A DNA stretch of 64,000 nt, from the NCBI GenBank assembly GCA_009103225.1, contig RHPI01003728.1:183174-247173 (forward strand), given 5' to 3'. Positions 36,769 to 48,486 of the stretch are shown piece after piece. The notes beneath the pieces were generated by a model. The model worked only from the letters and a program-made list of their open reading frames with translations, searched no databases and was not told where the DNA came from. A program made the translations under genes and the position numbers. Position 1 is the first letter of the stretch; each line of letters begins with the position of its first letter. The stretch comes from Chlorokybus atmophyticus. Its lineage: Eukaryota > Plantae > Mesostigma and Chlorokybus algae.

Positions 36769-39700
36769 TTAACTTTGTTGTTTCTTTCTTGGTCGACCGC
36801 GCTTTGCACCAGTTGAGGCTGTAGCGTCAGGGGCTCTACGTTTCTTGTTCATGGCAGCCTCCTGCTTCAGCATTTTCTTCAACATGACCTCCACAGCAAG
36901 AACATCCGCCTCTTCTTGTTTCTGTTGCAAGAAGAACGCAGCATCGTGGATTGGATGTCAGTGCGTGCAGCAGCACTGTGACATGGTGTGCCGTGACAAG
37001 CTGTCGAGTAGCAATAGTGTTTGTCGTACCAGAAGTGTTTGCAAGAGACCCTCATCAAACTGTGGGTATCGCTCGCGGAGCTCTGCCAGTTCCTTCGCGT
37101 ACTTGTCAGCAGCCGCGCTCACTTGTGCCTCTATCTGTGGCTGTTGTGCAGCGTCTGCGCATACGAAGCGTTACACAAAGCAAAACATACCTACAGCAGT
37201 GCTGTTACGCAGGACCGTCTCAATTGCACGAGGTTGCAACACCAACAGAGCATGCGTGTTATTGGGGTGCATGCCATAAGACAACTTTTGTTAGACATGA
37301 TACGGGGTTGCTCACCAGTTTCTGGCACCTCTGCCGAACCCCCGGCAGCCATAGCTTCATCTTCAGGTTCTGCATCGTCCTCCGCATCCTCATCCTCCTG
37401 ATCTTCGTCGCCCTCATCATCTCCGCTTATAGTCGCTTCCTCCTTGCCTTCTGTGCTGTTCAAGTCCTTAATCTTTTGCTGGAGCTTCGCGATGATCGCC
37501 TCCATCTCATTATTGACCTAACACGCATTTCACCTAAGCAGAACTTCTACTGGTGCTACAGGGTGTATTTTTGCTAAATGATTGCTTGTTGAAACAGGCA
37601 ATATACACACGCGGGCACACACACAGAGCGTTACAAGGGCACATGTAGTAGAGAACAGAACACTCCGCCTTGTATCTCACCTTTGGGTCAGCAACAAAGT
37701 CGGCGATGTTGTTGCTGCAGCTCGGGCATTTCTTTTCCTCCTTGCGCACTCGGAGGGAGCGGCCCGAAGGCTTACGTTCGGCAGCAGTTTCGCTCTTGCC
37801 AAAGTGGCTCAGGAGGCAGTCTCTGCAGAAGTTGTGACCGCATGGAGTAGTCGCAGGCACCGCAAGAACGGTCTTGCATATGCCGCACTTGAACTCTGTC
37901 AAGCAACATGTTAGTGTATGCAAGCGAGTTGAGTAACTCTTGCCAACAAGTGATGAGAGAATTGTGTATACATACAAGACCAAGTTGTTGACCAGGCAGA
38001 ACCTTTGAGGAGGCGCTGCTGGGCTGTCATCTGCTGCCGCTGGGTTTTGGGTTTGCTGGCTCCACCCATGCTCAGGCGACTGGCGGGTGGCTGCCCTCGC
38101 CATCCCCACCTCTGCGTAGCCTCATCAAAGTCCCACAGAGGCGCTGCAGTGCGACTTTTGTTGTCCTTCGCGTGTGCAAGCTCTTCGACCTGCATGCGCG
38201 CATACCGCTGAGAAGCTGCATCACCACACCACCTTGACACTTAGGTAAAATGGTGTGTTGCAACCCCTACCTCAGGTATGTCTCGGGGACGATCTCCCTC
38301 GTCATTGGTGTTCCATGGTGCCGGCTCGTTGTCGCAACGGACAAAGAGGTACCGACACATCAGTTTATTCTGTGGAAGTGCATATGTTGGAAGGCCGGCA
38401 GCAATACCCCAGTCTAAGTACACTTGTGCAGAAGCAGTTACATGCAATGATTATGCACAGGGACTTCTACAGATCATATAACGTGTGTGAAAAGGCCAAT
38501 GATGTATGTGATGATGATGCAGCTCGTCACCTGAGTTCCTGGGCTTCTCCAGCACTTTTCGATGCGATATACACCGTCGTATCGAACACCGTTTTTTGGC
38601 GCATATGACGATCTCTTCTCCTTATGGCTCCTGTGTTATTGAGCAGATTGCGGAGGAATTTTCAAAAAGAGGACAAACACAGGCTTTTCATTGCAGCGTG
38701 CAAGCACACGCTTACCGCACAACACGGACTGGGAGGCCCTTCAGGCAAGAAACGAGCAGCGCCTTATTCATGTTTGTGAATGTTTGGTCGCTGCTCTGTT
38801 TCTTGTTGGTGCGCTTATTGCCACTGAGATCTCTCCCACCGCTGCCAATATAAACGCGCATCAAACAGCACGTTGGGGCAGGAAAGCGAACTGTTGAACA
38901 ATGACTCATCACATCACTACCTTCCGGTGTAAAGAAAATACTCTCCATGGTCTTCATCATCCTCGTAGCCACCTGACAGTGCGACGGACTGGGCACCCAC
39001 CTGTGCAACAAGTACAGGTTGTGTCCCACTCACACGGCAGTGCAAGTGCGATAACCAAAGTACCTCCGACTGTCCAGCAATGCCCGCAACGTGCGGTCTA
39101 TGAGCTCCCCATTGCCGGCAATCGAAGCGGTCCTTCCACTCATCTGAAACCAGCACCCCGCGACCTCTTTCGGGATCTGCGGATGCTTCAATTGGACCAA
39201 AGTGGTCTGGTGGCACAGTGACCTGGCGCACGCAGTGAGAGAGAATCAAGCACAGAATGTTCAAGGCTTGAGAAAGTAAAGCACGCATACATGCACGCGC
39301 GCGCGCACCCACAAACACGTACACGCGCACATAATGTACCATTATTCGACCGCTGGCAGCATTGGCACGCCCTGCGCGCTGCGCTCGGTCTGTCGTGAAG
39401 GCCTCGTCTGGCCGCAATGAGTTTGCCACAAGGGCTGCATTGAATAAAGCAGTAGACTGCCGTTGTTCGCCCTGGAAGCACAATGGGTCATGCATTTGTC
39501 AAGTTGACCAGTCTACACTTTGCCAGCCGCCCGCTCACCTTCTTGGCAAGACGGATGGCAGCAACAAGCGCAGTGTTGATCCTGAGCTGACCCTCGTCGG
39601 TGTATTTTCTTGGGATGGATGTTCGACACTTGGGACACGCGGCTTTCGGTTGTGCTGCCCACTTCTGGAGGCACTTTTTGCAGAAGTTGTGACCACATGT

Positions 39701-40639
39701 TGTCTGCAAGCAACGACAGCTGTTGTAATGTAGTGCAGCACATTCCCTAAGAAGCTGCCGGTTGTGACGAGCAGTAAAAGGGAAGGCACGTGTACAAAGG
39801 CATGCTGTACCGTGACTGGGCGCTCACAGAGGTCAAGGCACATAGGACAGGTAAGCTCTTCATCAAAGACACGCTTTGAGGTGGCGGCTGGTTCAATGGT
39901 AGACGTTGTTGCTCGCCTGCCATCGGTGCTGCGCATTTGCGTGCTATCAGCGACTCTGAGGAGCTTGCCACCATCCGCATAGTTGAGGGAAATGACATAC
40001 CTTCCCATTCTGGTAGCACCCGCAGACTTGCACATCAGCTGCTGCCTTTTTTGCGCCTTCTCCGCCTCAGTCAGTGTGGTATCAGCCTGCTCAGCACGAT
40101 AAGTGCCCATGTCAATCGGACCATGCACACGGATTATGTATACGCAACATGCATTTACTGCTCGACTTGAACGCATGCATATGTTGATGCAATGGTGCTT
40201 GCTTGTGCGCGGGTAATCTCATAACGGCTCATGTAATCAGGGGCAATTTCAGAAACTCAGCACACCTGAATTGCCCGGATTTCGGCCATCAACTGTGTCT
40301 GTGCTGTTTCCACAGATGACGGCTGCAATGCGATGACGGCGCCATCCTCAAAGTCGCAGTCTGGACACACCCACTTGCAAGCTGCAATAACAGCAATTTC
40401 TGGAACCTGTTCAAGCAGTTGAGTGTCCTTCTTACTGTCGCTCTACACACGCACGCACACAACAGCAGATAGTCGACTCTCAATTGAACAGCACGTACTT
40501 TGAGCAGGCATTCAACATGCCATGGGGAGCCGCAGGACGAGCACCGGGCAACGTCTGCGTCAGCCGGCTTTGTTCCGCATGGTGAGCATGTGCCATCCTT
40601 GGTGAGGGGTAACTGCTGCTGCTGACTGGCAACAACCAT
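36769..40639 (-). CDS. ORTH: ORTHRUS/VIM (UHRF1-like) E3 ubiquitin ligase: PHD-RING-SRA-RING, plus C-terminal CUE-like domain and AT-hook
   Basis: [16 protein letters not shown]...[13 protein letters not shown]...WVCPDC; [28 protein letters not shown]...CPKC; [21 protein letters not shown]...[36 protein letters not shown]; RING2 [24 protein letters not shown]...CPSC; ends [12 protein letters not shown] (TAA 36769-36771). Confidence 0.96.
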
Positions 40640-41255
40640 CCTACCAGAAGCAAGCGTGAGGTGATAAACAGCATGGTAGTAACACAGTCGCTAAGTGGCA
40701 ATGATTGACGGAGAGGAGCTGTCTGCTTGGAACTCCGCATGTGAACTGACACACCAATGCTACTTGAGCGACTGATTAGCATTGTGACGTCAACGACTTA
40801 CACAAACTACAAGCCACAGCAAACGTGATTGACGTACAGCATAGTGGAAATCTCATAACAGCAGTGTTGTCCCATAGAAAGGAGCTGCTGCAGACAGCTC
40901 TTCAGCTAATGTGGACTGACACACAAAAGTGCCACTTGAGCTAACGACCAGCACAGTTTACACTCACAAGTTGCGAATTTGCAAGCATTACCACGCTAGA
41001 ACAGACAGAAGTACGCTTGCAACATCTGCACAAATTGGAATTCAAGCAAGTAGCTTCGGGCAGGCAGGTGACAAGACAGCGGATAGCCACGCAGTTGCCG
41101 CCTGGGCAGTTCAGACCGAACACACCAAGTCAAGCAGCCATATTCCCTGCCTGGTTTATCCTGTCTGCTGCAAAGCCCCAGCGGATTTACCTGGACAACC
41201 TTACCTCCGCCGCCTTCGCCGCCACCCGCCACGCCTCTAACGTCTCGCCAGAAAG

Positions 41256-41263
41256 GCGGGAAA
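41256..41263 (-). promoter_or_regulatory. Canonical E2F site (TTTCCCGC) in the probable 5' UTR exon of ORTH
   Basis: Plus strand GCGGGAAA = TTTCCCGC on minus, between the probable TSS (~41400) and a GAG|GTAAGG donor near 41190. Fits an S-phase gene (inference). Confidence 0.45.
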
Positions 41264-41834
41264 GCGAAAGCAAAGCTTTCAAGCCAGTTCTGGTACTGCT
41301 GGTTCTTAAACCCTTTCCATCAACCGCGTTCAGAAACCAGTCCAGTTCCGGCAATTGATCTAGCAAGCGCTGTCGTGCGCTAGCCAATCAGACGCCGCCA
41401 TCAAGTTTGGTGGACGCGGTCGTGATATCCTCCGTTGCGTCATCGACAGAACGATGACATAGAGATTTGCCGTTTGGTGAACTCACAATTCAGAAAAGTG
41501 ACCGTAGTAAGAAAGGCAATGTCCGGATATAGTCCGATCTGAAAAAATAGGACCTGTGGCCGCAAAGCATTCCTTTTGACCTGTTGGCTCTAACGGAGTG
41601 TGGGTATTGCGTTGACAAAAGGCGAGGGCATCTCATCGAGTTATGATCCAGCGAGTTACATCAAGGCGTACCGGGATACGCCGTAGCTTGTGGATAGAGA
41701 CGAGTGCATTACCGCCGCCGAGGAGTCCACGTGGCAGCAGCAGGCGGTGCGGCGGTGCGGCGGTGCAGGTGGGCAGGGCGAGCACAGGCGTGTCGAGCAT
41801 CACGACAAGCAAAAGCAGCTGGTGAGGTGTCGCA

Positions 41835-43335
41835 ATGGTGTCTACAACCATGGCGGCAGCGCGCACAGCGGTCGCACCAGCGGCGGCGGTCCAGCAGCTG
41901 CAGCATCAGCCTGTGAGCAGGCGGCAGAGCAGGCAGCAGAGGCAGCAGAGCGCTTTTGGCGGAGCGGCCGTCTTGCGCTCCCAGCATGCGTTGCCCGCAT
42001 TGCGCTCGCACTCGCGCCGGACGTGCAGAGCCGCCGTTGCTGCAGCCGAGAATGCCGCCGCCGCTACCAATCTGGAAAGGGTGAGCTTAACCTCAGTCAC
42101 TTGCATGCTTTCTGATCAGTGTAACCCACGAATGTCCTTTCCGTGACGAAGCACGTTGCATGGCTCAAGTTGCACGCTTGCGCATCAGATGGTCTCCTTG
42201 CATGCATGGCATAACTCAACGCAGCTCTGCGCTGAGTTATGGTGAGCTTAACCTCAGTCACTTGCATGCTTTCTGATCAGTGTAACCCATGAATGTCCTT
42301 TCCGTGACGAAGTCCGTTGCATGGCTCAAGTTGCACGCTTGCGCATGAGGTGGTCTCCTTGCATGCATTGCATAACTCAACGCAGCTCTGCCTTGAGTTA
42401 TTCAATGCATGTTCATGGCGCTGTAAGTTCCTCGTTCAGCTTGCACACTGTTGTTACACATGCTTCATAATGTGTGATTGAGAAGCCTCCCTTTTAATGT
42501 GCTTTGTGTCAGCAGCCCACAGTGCCAACAACATTCCACTTTGTTGTGGGTTCGAGCAAGTTCTTGCTGGACGAGCTGGAAGAGCTGAAGGAGCTGCTCG
42601 TGGAGCGGGCGCGCTATTTCGCAGAGAAGGGCTTTGAACAAAACTTCTGGCTCGTGCAGGTCCGTGCTAGAGCTGCACATTGCACGGGCAGCTGGCACAA
42701 ATGTGCGATGTTGGTTACATGCTGCATATTGTGTTGTCTCGCTTAGTTGTTGTTGTTGTTTATCATACAGTAGACTGATTTATCTGCCATGCAGTGCTGA
42801 GTGTTCAGGAAAACGTAGTGTGATAGGATACTGGCACAGTGTTTGTTCTGTGCCATTACTAGTAATGCCTGATGACAACTGTGTAATCTGTCCATTGCTT
42901 GTAGCTCGTTGCTCGTAACTGTTGCATCTCAATTGAAACTCAATGTATTCTGCCTTCTGTTTGCAGGAGCCTGCTTTTTTGGACACCATGCCTGAAGTTA
43001 AAGTACCTCGTCCATGCACAGCGATCGTGTCATTTGACGAGACATGGATCAGGTAACTTTGGTTTCCTTGTCTTACATGAACATGTTGCAGCTCCTGTGC
43101 AGGGATGATCGTGTACTACTAGGCGGCTGACAGTACTGAGCGTCCAAACAGGTTCATGAAGCTGCGCATTGACCGAGTTCAGCTTGGCAAGTTTGAAGCG
43201 CCCAGCGACAAGATTCCCGTTGCCCTGGCCTCAAAGCAGAAGGTCAAGGATTTTGGGAAGCCAGAGAATTGGGTCGCTCCTTACAAGAAGTACGAGGCTG
43301 GCTGGTGGGAGAAGTTCGAGCCCAAGGATAGCTAG
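41835..43335 (+). CDS. YCF54: Ycf54 (LCAA), Mg-protoporphyrin IX monomethyl ester cyclase accessory subunit, plastid-targeted
   Basis: TTFHFVVGSSKFLLDELEELKELLVERARYF...QNFWLVQEPAFLD...TAIVSFDETWIRFMKLRIDRV...FGKPENWVAPYKKYEAGWWEKF; transit-peptide exon 1. Confidence 0.95.
42081..42402. repeat. Tandem duplication, 2 x 161 bp, in YCF54 intron 1
   Basis: Units start at 42081 and 42242, both with GTGAGCTTAACCTCAGTCACTTGCATGC..., and have few mismatches. Confidence 0.95.
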
Positions 43336-43913
43336 ATGGCTGCATTCGGTCTAGTTGGCAGTGCTTGCATATCAATCGCGCGTAATGTTGGACATAGCTT
43401 AGTCCAAAGGTTTTGTTGGTGTTATGTAGTGATATACATGGTTGGTCGACGGCTTGTGATCGTTCGTGTCTTAAATCTGCTTGCGCGACTTTGTGTCTGC
43501 AATGCATGGGGATTATGTCGCACGATGTGAACCTCAGCCAGCTCATCACCACAATAAGGTGTCCCGTGCATGAGTAGGATGGGTGTTTCCTGTGCCCGGT
43601 CGTAAGCCCTGTACTAAGCACTGCCAAGCGGCTCTAGTAGTGTGCAAATCACTGTCGTCCTCTCCATAGCGCTCTATGACTCTTATTGCATTACTCAGAC
43701 TACATCGATCAAATCATGTACCATATGTGCACTACCAACCACACCCACCCAGCTCGTGCATGGGTGCGTACATGTGATGTCATAGGTATTTGGGATAGTT
43801 TTGGCGTCGTGCAATTCGCAGTGTGTCTTGCAGTGTGTTGCCATAAACAAAACAATCCAGGACTTCAACAAGATACAACGTGCTCGTTATAGCATACATG
43901 CTGGCCAGCACAG

Positions 43914-45355
43914 CTATTTGGAGCGATTGGTGGCCATTACTAGAACGCGCTCTCCCACCAACAGCCCTGCTAGAACAGTGCCCAAGGCGCGTTCAACATT
44001 GAGTGCCAACGGCGCTTCACTCCATGGCACCTGTTGCACAGCTCCAACGTTAATGCTTGCAGCATCAATGGAGGTGCATGTCACCAATAAACTTGACTCA
44101 TCACCTCTGTGAACCCCAGGCGCTCATAAAATGATATTCTGCAATTATGTAAGTTGCAGCGTCAGTTGCAAAAGGAATTCCTGCCACAACACCGGACGCA
44201 TGCAACTTGCAGGCTACAACACCTTGACTGGATGGTTGTCAGAAACACCTCACGTCTGGCAGCTTTCTCCAACAGATGCCTCACCATGGAGGTCCCATGC
44301 CCTTGGTTCCTGTAGGAGTCCTCTCAGCAAGCCTGACACACACACGAAAACAGACAAGAGGCTTGTTTCGTCCAACCTGGAACAACTACCACCGACCTGT
44401 GTTGCTTGGGTACCACAATGCCCTTGATCATCAAAAACTCCTTCTGCTGTGTCGAACTCTTCAGCTGTTCTGCTTGCCCCTCACGATTCAGCTGCCCCAC
44501 CGCCAGCAGCTCCCCGCTCTCACCGTCCACGCGAATCATTGCGCGGCCTGGCTGCAGGCCAAAGGGGTACATCCTGGGTCAGTGCATTGAATTGGTCAGT
44601 CCTCCTTGTACTGCATAACGTGCTTGTGCGTGTGCATGTGTACGCCCATACACATGGGTACCAACGGGGTTTCACACCAATGTGAATCGTACACATCCGC
44701 TTGCCAAATTAGATAATTGCACGTGCACGTGCATAAGCGTGTACCAAACATACAGAGTCAAGTAGAATGTTTGCAAGCGTAATGAACACAGTTGCTGGGC
44801 AAACCGATGCGAAGTTGTTGGTGTTGTTGCGCAATGAGCAACCTCAGTACTTGCACAACCGCAGGTCTATGCACTACCAATGCCATGGTTACTACAAGGT
44901 TATGGGAGGGGTACCGTGCTGACAGCCATACGTTGACTAAAATCACAATCTACCGTATGTAGTTGTGTTTGCTTGCGCTACTCCTGTGTAGCTCACGTGC
45001 GACGTGCACGCATGGTGGTGCTGTGCATTGAAGTGACTACAAATGATAGTTCAAAGCACGCACAAACTTACGCTGCCACATTAATCGAGACTGGAGGCAG
45101 CATGGGATGGGAAGGCGTTGAACTCGCTGTGACTTACTTCTCCTCCAGCAGGAGCTGGCGCAGCTTAGGCATGTCATCCGCAGTGGCCGTTCTGAACTTC
45201 GGGGCAGCCTCAGCAGCACAAACGACAGCAGGACCGCTTCTGTGCCATCCGCCGAACGCCACCGCCCTCGGGGTACGTCCCCTTACCCGAGAGCATGACG
45301 ATGGCGACGGCAGCGACACGACCGCAGCCACCGCCACCGTCGCCGCCGACGCCAT
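43914..45355 (-). CDS. Plastid-targeted GNAT-family acetyltransferase
   Basis: Transit-like N-terminus, EKMYPFGLQP, GIVVPKQHRNQGHGTSMVRHLL (acetyl-CoA binding motif A), VFLTTIQSRISFYERLGF, ERALGTVLAGLL; phase-consistent exons; TAG 43914-43916. Confidence 0.85.
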
Positions 45356-46691
45356 GACCAAGCATGCAAGACACACTGCTTGCAGCCGTTCTTGAAATGT
45401 TTTGAGGAGGGAGTCAAGGAAAGTCTCCACTTTCCAGAAAAACTCGACGAAGAATGATTGACTTCAAGGATTCTTCAGTACTTACCGAGTAAGGAGCGAA
45501 GTAAGGTTTCCGTGCATTCCGGGAAAAGCTGGAGTTTGAACTCCAGCTATACAAAGCAGCTGCTTGCTGTGTTGCTCTGTGGTCCCAGCATGGCACCGCC
45601 GGATTGAGGCGGGGGATGCGTTGGCGAGGGTGAGAAGGTGGGCGACACGGTGTTTGCATGAGGGGAGAGAGTGTCAAGGCGTGTGCATTAAGGTAACGCC
45701 ATCAGCATGCATGTTGTCAGCTGCATATAGTCAGCATGCATGTGTGCACTGCAGCCCAGTAGAGCTTGCTATGATCAGTGCTCCTTGTGCAGATAGCGTT
45801 GCATAGATGATAGTAGCTGCCTGTTCACAGAAGTCGTTTCTGTCTAAACGGAAGCAATCCTTGGAGCATGGGCTTGTTGGTATTGCTGTGAATACAGAGC
45901 GCTGTACATGCCTCAGGGTCTTCATGCGGCGCAAGTGGCGCACCAATTTCAGATTGAGACTGACGCAGCAAGCATTGTCGGTGTTCGGTCGCAGCATGTT
46001 ACAGAACGCAGCTCAAGGTAGCACCGTAGTACTACCGCAGCACCTCAGGCTGTGCTGCACTGCGCAGTACACTTAGCAAAGCAGCACACCATCGCGTAGT
46101 AGTAATGACAGCGCTTGCCTCATAAAACAGAGTTGAGGCTTTGTTCTCCAGGATAGTGTCGGCCAGCGCTCCTCTCAACACTCAACTGCCTTAACTCAAG
46201 CCTGAACACAGCAGTGTCATTGTCACCCAAGGCTTTCTGCAAAGACTCTAGCCTGTTAGTAATCAAATGAGCTGTAGTCTCAGGCTAAGACACGTGCTGG
46301 GCTGGTTGGTGCTGTACAGCCACATATTATGCCTGACCACGCTCGTGCGTGCAATGCTGAACAGGTGAGACTGAGTACTCTCTAAGCCCATTGACTCTGA
46401 AACATGAATGGTGTGCTTGGCTTCCCACAGTACAGTTGTAACAAACAGTTCTATAGCACGTAGACTCGTCAGGGGTTGCACTCCATCAGGTGAGCAACTT
46501 TCACAGCTGACTGTTGCCTTTAGACAGGCACCTGCCACAGCTCCTCTACTAGTAGCCGCAAGCATAGAGTATGGTACCGCACTGTACCCGTAGCAGAACT
46601 GCTGAATTGTGTAAACACCTGCAGGCTGTCGTTGCAGCACTCGTAATGCAACGTCATGCTTGTGTCTACGTGCTATTGTACTGTGTGCAGC

Positions 46692-47474
46692 CATACTCAT
46701 CAGGAGGCCGCAGGAGGCGCTCGACCAATGGAACCGCCGGAGTGGTGCTACTTTGACTTCGTGGCACACTGGAGGAAATTCCATCAAGTCTGACTGTCGG
46801 ATTCGATGCAGACGATGTTGGCGCACAGTATGGAGCACTGGTGCGAGGCGCACATGCGACCAAACGGCATACCTGAATGGAAGCCTCGCATTGACTAATG
46901 GCACTACAGCACTGGCCAGTACCACATGCAGCGTATGAGACAGAAAGCCGTTGCATTCCAAATACAGCACTCGCTCCACAAGCAATGGTACAACGCTCTG
47001 CACCACGCTGGACTGCGAAAGTAGTGGGAGAAAGCAATTGAGTACTACGGGCAAGTAGGCTTCCAGGCACTCGTGGCGCGGTTCCAACCCGTTCCCGGTT
47101 CACAAGAGGCTAACATTCTGTTTGGGGGAGAGAACTACTTGCCGCGATCCATGGCTGTTGCGGCTCAGCAGATGTTCCCGGATGATGTCGTCGACATTGT
47201 CAACTGCAACAGAGGCGAAGTTGTCATATGCATCCGCGCTCGCCTCATTTTTAACTACAGACAGTTTTTGTTTGTGGAGCATGGCCAGAGCTGGGCGCAG
47301 GAGCTCAGCCCTCACCACATTGCCACTCACTGGAACCTTCTCAGCATTCCTTACCCCTTATCTGATGAAGACAACCTGTGGGAAACCGATGGCTCTCACA
47401 CGCACTCTGGGCATTCTAACTCAAGCTCTGAGGACTTTGGGGAGCATGACTCTGAGGAGCATGGCTCTGAGTAG
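46692..47474 (+). pseudogene. Intronless coding-like frame of about 260 codons interrupted by three in-frame stops; origin unknown
   Basis: One frame from 46692 (ATG at 46728) to TAG 47472-47474, with internal TGA 46791, TAA 46896, TAG 47022 and no frameshift. No phase-compatible splicing found that removes all three. Confidence 0.55.
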
Positions 47475-48486
47475 CGCAAGGAAGTTGTGGTCAGGTTTAC
47501 GATTCTTTCAGTTTCGGTCGTCTTTCAGGTGTCACTCATTGTTTCAAATTCGAAGTTGTAGTCGGGTGTGCTGATAGAACAGCCATGCACGTTGTGTCGT
47601 GTGTCTGTACCAGGTTGATGAGACCAACTTAGTCCTTGCAGTCCGTATGTATAGTCCATATGTAAAGTTGCCTTGTATGCATGCAGCGTATGCAGTTCTG
47701 TCTGGATATCTGATAACATGCGACCAGATCATAAGCCTATGCGTGTAATCAGTGTAAGCAATCACGCTTGTTACATGGTGAGATGAGCACGCATCTGGGT
47801 ATTAATTGCTGTGTGCCAACATCTACTCATTAACTTGCATACAGGACATGTCTACTCCCAGGCTGCAACCTTGCAGCCTGAGAGTGGCCTTTTATGTATT
47901 GTGGTCGCAAGACAAGCAATATGCATAGCGTTCAAACAACCTGCGGTGCTGCATAATTGCATGCGCACGCAATCAGTGGCATGCAGTGCATGCATGAGTC
48001 CTTCAGCGGCTGGACAAGCTCAAGGGCTTTGGCTCAGCGTTGTGTAACAACCAACCTTTCATCTAGCTTTGCCAAGCAGCCTTTCCCGTAAGAGTCTCTG
48101 TCACTGAGTGTGGGCCTTGTCGCCTTGTCACAGCATGGTCGGACACGGGCTATGTTTGTGGCTACTATGACCAGGTCATATCCTGATGCACGTGAGTGCG
48201 CAAGGCCGAGCGCTCATGCAGCATTCGTCTCACCGGCAGAGCACCCTGCGTGCCAACTTCCTCGGCAGACACACCTCTCCAAATCAAATTAAAACCAAAG
48301 CATCGTTCCGCTGCGGCAGTGCCGTGACGACGTGATTCACTGATCCCTTCCGTGCCATCGTTTGGGATCGGTGATCTCGGGTTCAGGGTTCAGGAACGTC
48401 GTCGTCGTCGTGGTCGCCATCGTCGTCATATCCGTCACTGTCTTCGTCGCCGGCGTTGCCCTGGCCAGCTTTGGACGTCCGTAACA

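Noticed and set aside
41187-41387. Protein-like open frame upstream of ORTH
   Set aside because: No in-frame ATG, and it ends at a GTAAGG donor; best read as a 5' UTR exon.
46791-47024. Host-wide stop-codon reassignment as the explanation for the three stops
   Set aside because: Conserved genes here end in all three stops (SUVR3 TGA, NF-YB and YCF54 TAG, ORTH TAA), so the host code is standard.
46263-47087. 274-aa minus-strand ORF
   Set aside because: Exact antisense codon register of the plus-strand broken frame, with no motifs; treated as a shadow ORF.
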